Below the pieces are notes generated by a model. It made no database searches, was not told the origin of the DNA, and worked only from the letters and a program-made list of their open reading frames with translations. A stretch of DNA of 64,000 nucleotides from Octopus vulgaris (taxonomy: Eukaryota), in contig OX597826.1 in NCBI GenBank assembly GCA_951406725.2, positions 39,866,001 to 39,930,000 of the forward strand, read 5' to 3'. Every line of letters starts with the position of its first letter. The first letter of the stretch is position 1. Positions 15,496 through 27,714 of the stretch are shown in pieces. A program made the position numbers and the translations under genes.

Positions 15496-16289
15496 ATATA
15501 TATATTGATAATTTCCCACAATAATTATTTTACGATACAGCTCTTATTTTGGGAAACTCGATACTTGTGTTAGTATTAATCTGATAATGGATCTCATATA
15601 TAAGCCCTAATCGAATCGGCGGATGAATGTAGCTAAGTTTGTTAATTGGATTATACACTACTGCAAATTTTATAGCTTGATGTAATGCATATCATCAAGA
15701 AATAAATATTATAACTTCTCTTTGCGTCCAGGACATAAAATAAGAATTTTGCCAAGTGATTTGAAAGCCCTTGTCGAAACTGAATTTTACTACTATATCT
15801 GATTTAATATTTTTATTCATATAGGGAAATGATATTCAGTTGTATATGAATAAAGATATTCAATTACATATTCTTTTCTGAAAAGATATCTAATTTTTTG
15901 TATATATACGGTGACATCCGTGAAACAAAACCAAGAGTCATAACCATTGAATATTTGTCGAATTAGCTGTAAGCTCTCTTGATACATGTACTTATTTATG
16001 TAGGTGTCCATCCATCCATCCATCCATCAATCCATCCATCAATCTCTCTCTCTCTCTCTCAGGTGATTACTTTCTGCATTGTTCGATCAATTACACTTTG
16101 GTTAGACTACAGTAACGCATTTAACTTTCTACCGCATTCCTGAATGTAAAATCCCTCAGGATCTACAGATTACTCTATACTAGCATAAAAAGCGTCAAGA
16201 TCTGAAGACCATATGTAATCATTTACATACAGATGGATCGTTAACGTTCTTATATGGATTAACATAACGTAGACTTCGAAAAGGACAGA

Positions 16290-16790
16290 AATCTTGCTAT
16301 CATTACTGCTCTTCTACCTTTTACTACAACGAATCAGCAATGTTCTGGACAACATCAACTAAAGGTACAACTCACAGTAATAGCAACTAAATCCCTTGCT
16401 TGACAATAAATGAACTCATTTTTCAAGAATGATAACCAACTGAAGAAGAGCACTCACTATTTTTAAATTCATGAGTGAAGACATCAGAGTATAGTTCGGA
16501 ATCGACATGTGTGTTAAAGCAAACATCAAGACAGGAAAACAGGCAAAGTTTGCAAACCTAGACTTTGATACTGACACCATGATTAAGGAGCTTAGTCAAA
16601 AGGATACATACATATACATATACATAGGAATGAATGAAGTTGGCATACACCTCTGGAACGTGAATGAGAATATACAGAAATAATACAGGAGTATGCGTAT
16701 GATGCTGAAAAGCAAGCTGAATGCCGTTAACAACCTGAAAGCTATAAACCTCCCCGATTAGTTTCAATGTCAACTTGAAGCTGAATGAGG
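16290..16790 (+). mobile_element. Decayed Dong/R4-like RT fragment
   Basis: Conceptual translation MSEDIRV.FGIDMCVKANIKTGK...DTDTMIKELSQKDTY parallels FSDDIGMEFGLEKCAKATFQKGK...DTVIRELEQEQTY of ORF 27654-30083. Confidence 0.6.
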
Positions 16791-16849
16791 AAGAGCCTGG
16801 TTTTCAAAACTCGAAATAGTTTAACCGCAAAGTAATTGTCACATGGGTA

Positions 16850-17480
16850 GATGTTATGTCTGTAATTCTTCGAGTTGTTTTATACTCTTTTTTGGTAGTT
16901 TTTGGCTCTGCAATCATATTTGGCCTTCTTGCTTCGTAAGTTTGACGAATCTTTATTGAGAAATCTCATAGAATCCGGTAATTATCATCCTATACCAGTA
17001 CCTCTGGCTCATGTTCGAACCATTTTTCTGTTACTCTGCATTCACACACTTGGTCAGTATGCCAATGCGCTCATCTTATTGGCCAAGTACCTTGGTCAGT
17101 ATCAAGAACTAGGTTTGCAGACTTAGTTTTCCTTATTTGATCGAGGCTTCAACTCACACGTCGATTTCGAACTCTATTCTGATTTCATTGAAACTTTTAT
17201 AACTTGTGAGTTTCCTTTTTGAGTTGGATGTCGTTCGTGCAAAATGCATTGATATACCGCCAACTCTTTTTGTACTAGCTTATTGCATTCACTTAAGAGA
17301 TGGTTAATATTTTCGTCTCCTTTCTCACAGGTTCTGAATTTACTCTCTGAGTGAGTTTCATCTTACTGAGTGAGTGCATTCCAATATCTTGTTCCCGAAC
17401 GGCTATAGTTAACAAGTCAGTTTTCCGTTACAAGTTTGTGTCTGTTCTTTTAATGAATATGTCTGAGCAACACATCTGGA
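16850..17480 (-). mobile_element. Decayed Dong/R4-like C-terminal fragment
   Basis: Minus strand SKFRTCEKGDENINHLLSECNKLVQKE resembles the CCHC region of R4/Dong ORFs; boundaries approximate. Confidence 0.5.
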
Positions 17481-18449
17481 TTATCGGACGTTTTGTAGAG
17501 TGACATTTAATTAACTGAGATGACGTCTCTCTGCATTATTAGCGAATAGAGTCAAAACAAAACTAATCAATACATCTAAATCAACAATCCACAAGCCACG
17601 GTTAATAGGCATCGTCTTTAAAAGCTAAAACTACTTTGGATTATATGATCATTGTTAAAAAATCTTGATCACGGGTCTCTTGAACAGTAAATGGGTGACA
17701 GCCTGGGGTTAAACATGAACGGAATAAATCATCTCATTTGTATAAACCTGACAACACAGTACATGATAAAACGTCGACAACAGGCAAACAGTGAACGAAA
17801 GAGAATCTCAGTTCGAAATGTTTAGTTGCCTCCTCTCAATAACACTACATTTGACAAGAAAAGATATGGCTCAGGGAAGAAAATTAAACAGAAAACTGCA
17901 ACGAAATGCACAAAAGATGTTTTGAAGCGATGATAAGATTTAGAGTCGTTAAGTAGATCAAGAGATATTCGGCGCTTAATTGAAAATAGGAACATTAATT
18001 AGGTTCTCATCGTATTGAAATTACGCGTAATTCAGAACTTTAATCGTGCATTTGATTTATCGCTTCTCTCTAATGCTCAAACCATTCCCATTTAGATCAG
18101 TTTTACAGCGAAAGGCCACAAACAAAGAATATAAAAGGATATACACATAAATCATCGGATATAGATTTTGATTCCCTGTGTAAATGCGTGTTGTGTTCAC
18201 ACCGACACACCGACACAAAACTGCAAGCGCAAACAGATACAAGCATACATATATTTAATTACATACCCACGCTTACATGCACGTTTATTACGCACAACTA
18301 TGTTCATAGTTATACACATATATAAATGTGTGCGTGCAATATATTACAGAATTTCGTAAAGTTGTACATGGTATTAACGAGAATGTTGAAGAAGTTATTG
18401 CGACAAATATAACCACATGCATTTATTACAATGCGAATATAAATCGAAT

Positions 18450-19200
18450 TTCAATATGTATTTTTATTCTTGCTATGTCTGGAAGAAGATACAATGTTCA
18501 GGGTCTTTACTAGCTCTCCGACACTGATGAGAGGGATATGTTTAGCATCACTCTGCTCAAACGGTTAAAATTTCACGCTCGAAGAGAAATACAGGACAGG
18601 GTGGAATTTCCTGAGATCCGGCGTCTTGGGTGAATGCATTGGGTGTAATTGCTTCTGTGGAGCTGGATGGGGTTGGATACAACATAGTTAATGAGATGAG
18701 ATGAAATGAGCGAGTTCGATGTACGCCAAACACGAAAGTGGCCAGCTTCGAGAAGTCATTTTAGTAAAGGTATAATTGACACAAAGAGGAGACATCACAT
18801 CTGGGAGTAGAACATGAAGTGTGCCTATAATTGACTTTATACCAACCGGTTGAATGACTTTTCTCTGAACAATGTTTGGCATAATTGTACGTGTGGCAGT
18901 AACGCTATTTATGATATAGGCGCAAACAGCGTTTTGCACCACATTTGAGATTTCTAGGAATCAGTAACTGTAAAGGGTGAAAATGTGCTCTGGTGCCAAG
19001 AGTAAGCTAAGTCCTTGGAATACAGTCTCAGTTATGAGAATGATTTACTTTCATCGACCGAGATCCTTCTTGTGAGTGGAAACTGACATTTGGAAAGATT
19101 ACGAAGAATTGTAATATTTGATGCGTCAGCATAGCGAAAGTGGGATGGCATTTCAAATTCTCTTTGCTATAGCGACAAAACTGGCATAGACCCGCGCGTG
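18450..19200 (-). mobile_element. Highly decayed CR1/L2-group LINE 3' region
   Basis: Minus strand PRCDVSSLCQLYLY*NDFSKLATFV resembles the HRR.VSSL.LFYRYY...SELA motif at the RT C-terminus of CR1/L2-group LINEs (from recall); boundaries approximate. Confidence 0.4.
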
Positions 19201-19274
19201 CGCTCACATGCATACATATATAGATATGTGTGTATAAAAATATTCATACATATGTATATATGCATGTGCTTATA

Positions 19275-19343
<69 letters not shown>

Positions 19344-19507
19344 ATGTATGCATCTATGCGCCTCAGGACTGAATTGATTCCTTTCTGTTCAAGAGCGCAG
19401 GCTCTCAAACCGTATAAGACCTACTCAATTTCCCGAGTGTTAAATTAATACACCCCCTTGTTTATACACCTGTCTTCGACTTTGTTTTCCTGTAAATTTC
19501 AGCTATA

Positions 19508-19543
<36 letters not shown>

Positions 19544-19567
19544 TATATATGTATATATATGTATGTA

Positions 19568-19631
<64 letters not shown>

Positions 19632-20018
19632 TGTATGTATGTATGTGTATATATGTATATGTATATATATCTGTGTTGCTGACAGGCTATGCCTTTCTTT
19701 TGCTGGGCTCAAATCTAATTTACAGACTCATGAAAAGTGAGCCACCACAATTATTCTGCCTATATGTCTGTGCACACTTTTCTATGTCATCTATGCTATA
19801 AGGTCTGAAAATATAACGGAGACCACAAAAGACATTTTAAGATCCCAAAAGATCAGAAATTAACGGCAGCTCTTGGTGGTCCAATTTGGATAGGCATTCT
19901 ATGTGGGTGACTTTTCAAAAAATTGTCTATTTTAAAAAGCCTCAACACACGCGATGATGGATCTAAGGTGTGGTACAGGGGGTGGTCAGACTTTGCATAA
20001 GGAGTAGACAACCTCCAT

Positions 20019-20067
<49 letters not shown>

Positions 20068-21082
20068 AGAAATTATTATTTATTAATTATAAAATTGACA
20101 AACATCTGTTACAGCTTTTTCGATTCAAAACCTTCAGAACGTTAATTAATAAAATTGAAAATTATTTGAAAGTCGAATCTCGTCAGAGGTAATTTAAGAC
20201 ATACAAAATAGGTGTTCAATTTCTACATGCTGCAAACCGTTATGCATAAAATCCGTAGTATAAAACATGGTAGGGACCTTACAAATGTGAGGAACGTTGT
20301 GTATATTGGAGTTGTAAAGTAAAATTAGATCAATGTATTCATCTAGGGTATTTAGTAAAGGAAAAACTCAAGTAGATATATTGATATAACTATCATATCT
20401 TACGATATTATGTCTATTCATCTTTTCCTGACTTCAACAAGAAACTATGACATTACAATCAGACAGGAAAAGTCTTCGCTACATTTGCGGCACCTGCTAG
20501 AGGGAGTGTTTGTCCAGGATAGGACTACACAGCCACAGCAAGAAATGTATTAGGACGTGAAATGTAAAAGCCGGACTAGATCATTTTATGCGCAACTCCA
20601 TTGTCTCCCAAGACAAAAAGGATGCCAACGAAGTCTATTCATATTAAAATAATAGGAAATTATTATGTAGAGTTTAATTCAAGTATATATAGTTAATATT
20701 AATATTTGATTAAAGTGGAAGACATTCCAGGCAATATATTATGATATATTAACTTAATGCTGGGATAGATAAAAAATAAAAAATAAAATCAAGAATAAAA
20801 TAAAATAAACAAAATATAATAGAGTGAAAATATAAATAGAGTAAACATAAATAAATGAATAAAGACTTACAAAATATAGCCTATCACTCATTAAAAATAA
20901 ATATTACTGAGCTAGACTAATAAGGATACGTAACTATTGGACAAAATGTTTAAAGGTTTCAAACATGCAGCTTTCCCTTGGTGAGATACCGGATGTAAAT
21001 ATGTTAAAAGGCTCAAGTAAGTAGATATAGTATTTAACATAAATAAATAAATAAGAATTAAAAGGAAGTAAATATATGCGTA

Positions 21083-21388
21083 TAAAAGTAATAATAAGGG
21101 TTTAAATATGGGTCAGTTCAACAAGATTAATTAAAACTTATTAATAATAATTATTTAAATAGTTAAATGTAATGCCCTCAAAACCGGAAGTACGTATTTA
21201 ATATAGAAGTAAAGTTGTAAAGAACAGCTAGGAATAAAAGTAATAATAAGGGATAAAATATGGGTCGGTTTGACAAGATTAATTAAAACTTATTAATAAA
21301 ATTACTTAAATAGTTAAATGTAATGCCCTCAAAACCGGAAGTACGTATTTAATATAGAAGTAAAGTTGTAAAGAACAGCTAGGAATAA
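21083..21388 (+). repeat. Tandem duplication, period about 152 bp
   Basis: taaaagtaataataaggg...gaacagctaggaataa starts at 21083 and again at 21235, near-identical. Confidence 0.9.
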
Positions 21389-22081
21389 TCTAAATTAAGA
21401 ACATACCAAAGCAAAACCAGGTTGAAATAAATATGTATTTTTTACAGTGAATAAGAAAATAGCTTCAGATTTGGTTCATATAGAGCAATTAATATAGAGA
21501 TGAAGCACTAATGAAAACCTAGGAACAATCTAAATTAGGGACATACAAAAATGAATCCCGGTAAAGGTAAACATATATAATTTACGGTGAAGTAGAAAAT
21601 AGATAAAATATGTTGTTCTTGTAGTATAATTTAATATTAAAGTAATTAAAAATTATGATTGTCATAAATCAATAAGTTAATGGTTAGATATACCTTCATA
21701 CAAGGAGATAAAAAACGGTAAAAAGTTATTGTGCATGAGATAGCAATATGTTGAGAGAGAGGGGCGATACAGAAGAATCATAAATGGAATTATTATGCTT
21801 GAGATATACAAAATCAATAGGAAATCAGTGAAGGCGGAGTTATAGATAAGTTACTGGAAAGCAAACAAATAAACAATAACAAGGGGATAGATAAATAATG
21901 TGCAGATTAGAGTAATAGGAGACATGTGCATGTTATGAAGTAAAATTTATGCTAACGAATAAGTTAAGTAAGTTTATAACTACTTCAACCGTGCAATCAA
22001 CCAAGTGATAGGAAGAAAACTATAAAATATAAATTGTTTAATTAAATAAATGTTTTTCTGAATGGTCTTGACTTAAAACAG

Positions 22082-22171
<90 letters not shown>

Positions 22172-22533
22172 TATAAACATATAAATTAAATTAGAGATAA
22201 AACCACTATGAGGCAAATCAAACAGTGAAAAACATAAACCAAAATATAAAAATAAATATAGTTAATACAATATACAAAATATATAAAAAAGTTTAAATCA
22301 AATAATTTAAATTTAAGATTTTTAATTTATATTTATACATTTTTATAGTTTTTATATTTTTAAAATTTTAAATTTATAAATGTTTAAACTTTAATTTTAT
22401 AATATTTATATTTATTTATATATTTAAAATTTTATATATATATATATATATAACTATCAAAAAGGTATTAAAAAGTTTAATATAATATAATAAGTAATAT
22501 TATATAACATATATACATATATATACATACATA

Positions 22534-22592
<59 letters not shown>

Positions 22593-24342
22593 CATACATA
22601 CATACATATACATGCAAACATACATTTATATATGACTTAGTTATTTGTGACAGAAGCAGTATTAATACAAAAATTAATGTTTATCCAGCGAAACATGGAT
22701 GACATGACATATTAGAACGATAAATACTGCGTTATTAGCTCTGCGAGATCTTGTCATATAGGCCCGTGGCACTTATAAGCAGGCAGATAGATCGTAGCTG
22801 ATGAAATTCTTCTATGGGCGCCGGAATTCCCATATTACATAATTTATTTCCATCGGAAGTGGGAAGCTGCGGGTGATTGCATGTCAGTCAAATCTCGCTG
22901 CTACGTCTTTCCAGACACTCATGTCGCAAATTGCCAGAAGGTTTATTACAAGTTAATTATTAATAATATAAGAAGTATCAATATCAAAAGGTAATCTTTA
23001 CATTTAACTAAACAGGGATACTTTGTTAGTAAACTGAATACTGCATTAATAACTTCTCATATATTGGCGTTTGATGCATAAATGTAAGCAATTGAATCGA
23101 ATCAGATGAAATTTCTTTGTCATGGATGTTGAAATACCCATATCACGTGATTTCGTTCAATCGAAATTCAGCAGTGGGACGCCTGGGTGAACAAATGCAA
23201 GTCAAATCCCTCTGGCATGTTTAGGTGGATATAAAGATTACCTTTGTATGCATGTCTGTGAATCTTGCTGTGTATTGATACACTAGTCGATTATGTTTGT
23301 ACATGTGAGCAAGTTTAGTTTAGCCCTACATGTATAAATGCTTTTATGTCTCATATGCATTTCTGAACATTACATTCAGTTGTCTTGTATATATTATCTA
23401 TCTAATATGTATACGCCAATATATATTTCTTGGCTGTATATATGTGGTGATAAATATGGCTGTTTTAAGCAATGCTTACTTTATGTATCAAGTTGCAGAT
23501 TCAGCAGTCGTCAATGTTCCTTAATTAGCTTTCATAAAATTTATTTTGAATTTTACACAGCACCTTTATGTTGTTCATGACCTTTTTTAAAAACACCCAT
23601 GCATCACATGCAGATTATTTTCTCCAGAATACATTCATAGTTTAGTATTCAAATATTTTCATCATATAATTGGATTTCGTTAAATACAAACAAAATTCAA
23701 AGTTAATTTCTTTCAGATAAGAATATTTCTGTAAAGGCCAAATTCTTCTTCATGTAATACTCAACACGCCATCATAATCATGTCTCTCTCTTATTTCTCC
23801 CCACTTATTCTCCGCGTTATACTAGTAACTTCTCTTCTCCTTCTTGTCTCTTTTCCTTTTATCCTGCACTTTTTATTACTTATATTGTCTCTAATACAAA
23901 CTTAATATAGATAGATTTCGCACTGAATAGAGTTCCTAATTCTGAATATAAGCGCAAAAACGAAGCAGAATTAAATCTATGAAGTAATCATCGACAATAC
24001 GTGTGCGCAAGTGTATGCATGTATGTAAGTATGTATGTAAGACGATAGGTTGGTGTGTGCGCGCGCACGCAGGTGTATGATATTGCTATAGTGTATTATA
24101 GAACACATCTTTAAATTAGCCAATACTTTGTGACGACGAATGTGAACAATACGCCTATATACAAAAGATGTTCTTCGATAAAGAACTGTACAAATTACCG
24201 TATGATTTATTGCAAAGTACAACAAAGAAACAAAAGGAGAGATTATCAACGCACACACATGCACACACATGTATAATACACATACACATACATACATATA
24301 CATACACATATACATATAAACATATACATACATACACACACA

Positions 24343-24390
<48 letters not shown>

Positions 24391-24689
24391 CAGATATATA
24401 TATTTGTTTTCTCTATGCTTCTATATCTCTCTATATATATATGAATATATACGTGTGTATACGCGTGTTATATTTGTGCTTATGCAATAATGTATAGATA
24501 CATATTGCACTAATTCATGTAGAAAGAAATTGTGTGTGTATGTGTATTTGTATGAGTAAGTATGTGTTTGAGTGTGTGTGCTTGTGAGCGTGTGTCCGTT
24601 CGCGCGTACGTGTTCATTTAAGAGTGATGTTGCTTTAAAAAGACCTATCTTACTAATTCGACCAATACATCGGCTAGAAATATGTATAT

Positions 24690-24775
24690 ATTTGATGCGA
24701 TCGATTGACCCCTTGAAGGAGGTAGCAGAACATGGCCGTAGTTCAATGGTTGAAACTATTAATAGAATAGAAAAA
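24690..24775 (+). mobile_element. SINE 3' tail fragment
   Basis: catggccgtagttcaatggttgaaacta...aatagaa resembles the tail at 12910-12990. Confidence 0.45.
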
Positions 24776-25408
24776 CACACATTCAAATACGCATACATGT
24801 TGTGTGTATATATATATATATAGATAAAGATAGATATGATATATATGTATGTATATATATATGTATATATATGTATATACATATATATACTTATATATAT
24901 ACATATATATACATATATATATACATATATATACATATATACACATATACATATACATATATATGTACATACATATATATATATATACATCTATATATAC
25001 ATATATGTACATATATATATACACAAAGATATATATATATATATGGTTATAGACATCGTCTTGTGTAATTGCTATAGACAACGCTGTACCGGAAATTAAA
25101 TACTGATCTTACCATATATCACAAAATAATACTGTCACCAAAAGATTATTGCAGTAATTTACTTCGGGCAAAATGGAATTGTCCAATTAATGGCTTATGA
25201 AGCAAAATATAATAATAGAGAAGGACCAATTCTTAAACAGACCTGACGTTGTCCCTACCCCTTCTTTAGAGCTATATTGGGATGATGGTGATAATGTTAA
25301 TGGTAGTAGTGATGCTGCTATCGCTTAGGGTAGTAGTGTGTGTAATAAGAATGATGGTAATATCAGTAATTTTGGGTATGTTGGTGAAGGTGATATTGGG
25401 CGTGGTAG

Positions 25409-25451
<43 letters not shown>

Positions 25452-25639
25452 GAGGAGGAGGAGGAAGATGAAAATACTAGCATTACTTTATCTCACAGAG
25501 GTCGCTAATGATGATCACGATGAACGATGATTGTGAAGCTTAATCCCATCAAAATCACGTTTATTAAAATAATTCTGGTGAGTAAAAATACAATAAGCAT
25601 AATTGTGCCAATGATGATGATGACGACAATGATGACTAG

Positions 25640-26214
25640 TTAATACAGCATTTCCCAGAACAGCAAGACAGAAATTAAAACAATGGCTATGATACGAATG
25701 ACAGCAACTGCAGAGAAGTATCGTATAGGCACACGCCAGAATAGGTCACGGAAAATGAGAAAGCGGCCATAATTTGGGACATACTAATACACACAGATAT
25801 TAAGGCATGTAGTCCGGATGTAGTCATAAGAGATAAAAACAAAACATGCTTTCTACCCGCTGTATCAATACCAACAGATGACAATGTTTTTTTTTAACAA
25901 AAACGGAGAAACCTTCAAAATACAAAGATCTGGAAACAGAGGTAACTCGAATATGGATTCGAAAAGCAGAAACAATTCCTATCATAGTAGTCGCATTACG
26001 GTATGATAAAAAGTATTCAGAAATATACATAACAAAAACACCAGGACTAAAAAGTATATATGACATACAGAATACTGCACTAAAAGATACTGCACGCATC
26101 TTACGTAAAACACTTACAATACAGTAAAAATAGGAATATCACAACAAACACAGCATATATCAAAGGCACACAGAGCTGCATTCAGTGAAAGTCCGTGATT
26201 AAATGAAACTTCTG
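25640..26214 (+). mobile_element. Dong/R4 family-2 3' fragment, diverged
   Basis: Clear similarity to 30272-31005 (aggcacacgccagaataggtcacggaaaatgagaaagc...aaatacaaagatctggaaa...); ends in (TAA)n. Confidence 0.8.
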
Positions 26215-26229
26215 AATAATAATAATAAC

Positions 26230-26375
<146 letters not shown>

Positions 26376-26395
26376 TGATGATGATGATGATGATG

Positions 26396-26428
<33 letters not shown>

Positions 26429-26452
26429 TTAATAATAATAATAATAATAACA

Positions 26453-26777
26453 ATGCCCTGATGCAGTATCAGGCACTGAGTGCCATGATGCAGTGCCAGG
26501 CACTGGATGCCCTGATACAGTACCAGGCATTGGATGTCTTGTTGCAGTACCAGGAACTAGCTCTCATGGCTTCTGATTTTAACAGACTGGAAGTGTTACG
26601 ATGCACATTGTTTTTTCTTGGTTATAAAAGATGGGAAACAGAAAATATTCTGCTGAATACCACAGATTTCCTTGTCCGTTGTTTGACCATAACCAGTTGA
26701 GCATGTAGCTTAGTGGCTGACTATAAGTATGTGCATCTCTGATCACGAGCAGAAGCAGTAGGGGTGCATCATAACCA
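26453..26777 (+). mobile_element. Non-coding (TAA)n-associated repeat, copy 3, with four 27-bp 5' units
   Basis: Matches 7779-8020; the 5' unit atgccctgatgcagtaccaggcactgg is present four times (26453-26560); 3'-truncated. Confidence 0.85.
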
Positions 26778-27019
<242 letters not shown>

Positions 27020-27066
27020 CAACAGTAACTGAAGATCTCGCATTTGCTGAAGAACACAGAGAGTCT

Positions 27067-27714
27067 ATGGCAGAAATGAGGCAGAAAATCCTGAATACGC
27101 TTGAAGTTGTAAGACATACAAGTATGAATGATAGAGAACCACTTCATAAACTCTCAAATACAAACCAAAATAAAAAACAAATCCAAATTGGCAACTATGT
27201 AACAAATGAAATAATACGAGAATTAAAACCTGATTTTACTGAGTTAAATGAAATTATTTACGCTTCTGCTAGGGCAATTGAAACCAGCTGTATGCCCCCG
27301 AAAAAACAAAGAAAACAAAACCTGGGAAGAAATCAAACCTGGAGAAGTAAAATTGAAAAAGAGCTCGAATTTATGAGAGGGGAAATATCAATATTAAATG
27401 AACTAATATGTGGAAATGATGTAAGATCCAGAACAGGAAGAAAGATGAAGAGAAAATTTGGATCCTCACCAAGAGAAGAACTGATATCAATAAAAGAAAC
27501 GCTGAAACAAAAAGTCCAAGCAAAAGCCCAAAGAATACGAAGATTTGATAAGAGAAACAAGTTTTATAAGCCAAATAAGCTGTTCACATCCAATGCCAAA
27601 AAATTCTACAGAGAAATAGGGAAGGAGAAAGTAACCGTTAAAGACCCCCTCCCATGGAAGAAGTTCAAAACTATTGGAAAAGGATTTGGAGTGACAAGAA
27701 GACGTACAACATAA
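27067..27714 (+). CDS. N-terminal part of Dong ORF (before frameshift)
   Basis: LKQKVQAKAQRIRRFDKRNKFYKPNKLFTSNAKKFYREI is typical of the R4/Dong pre-RT region; shifts into the 27654 frame near gaccccctccc (about 27643-27653). Confidence 0.8.
   Translation: MAEMRQKILNTLEVVRHTSMNDREPLHKLSNTNQNKKQIQIGNYVTNEIIRELKPDFTELNEIIYASARAIETSCMPPKKQRKQNLGRNQTWRSKIEKELEFMRGEISILNELICGNDVRSRTGRKMKRKFGSSPREELISIKETLKQKVQAKAQRIRRFDKRNKFYKPNKLFTSNAKKFYREIGKEKVTVKDPLPWKKFKTIGKGFGVTRRRTT

Noticed and set aside
18524-18570. CTGATGA-gag...ctc-AAAC hammerhead-like string
   Set aside because: Lacks the G of GAAA, has no convincing stem I, and lies in a decayed LINE region.
26453-26560. CRISPR-like array of 27-bp palindromic repeats
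   Set aside because: Units are contiguous with no unique spacers, no cas genes, eukaryotic context.
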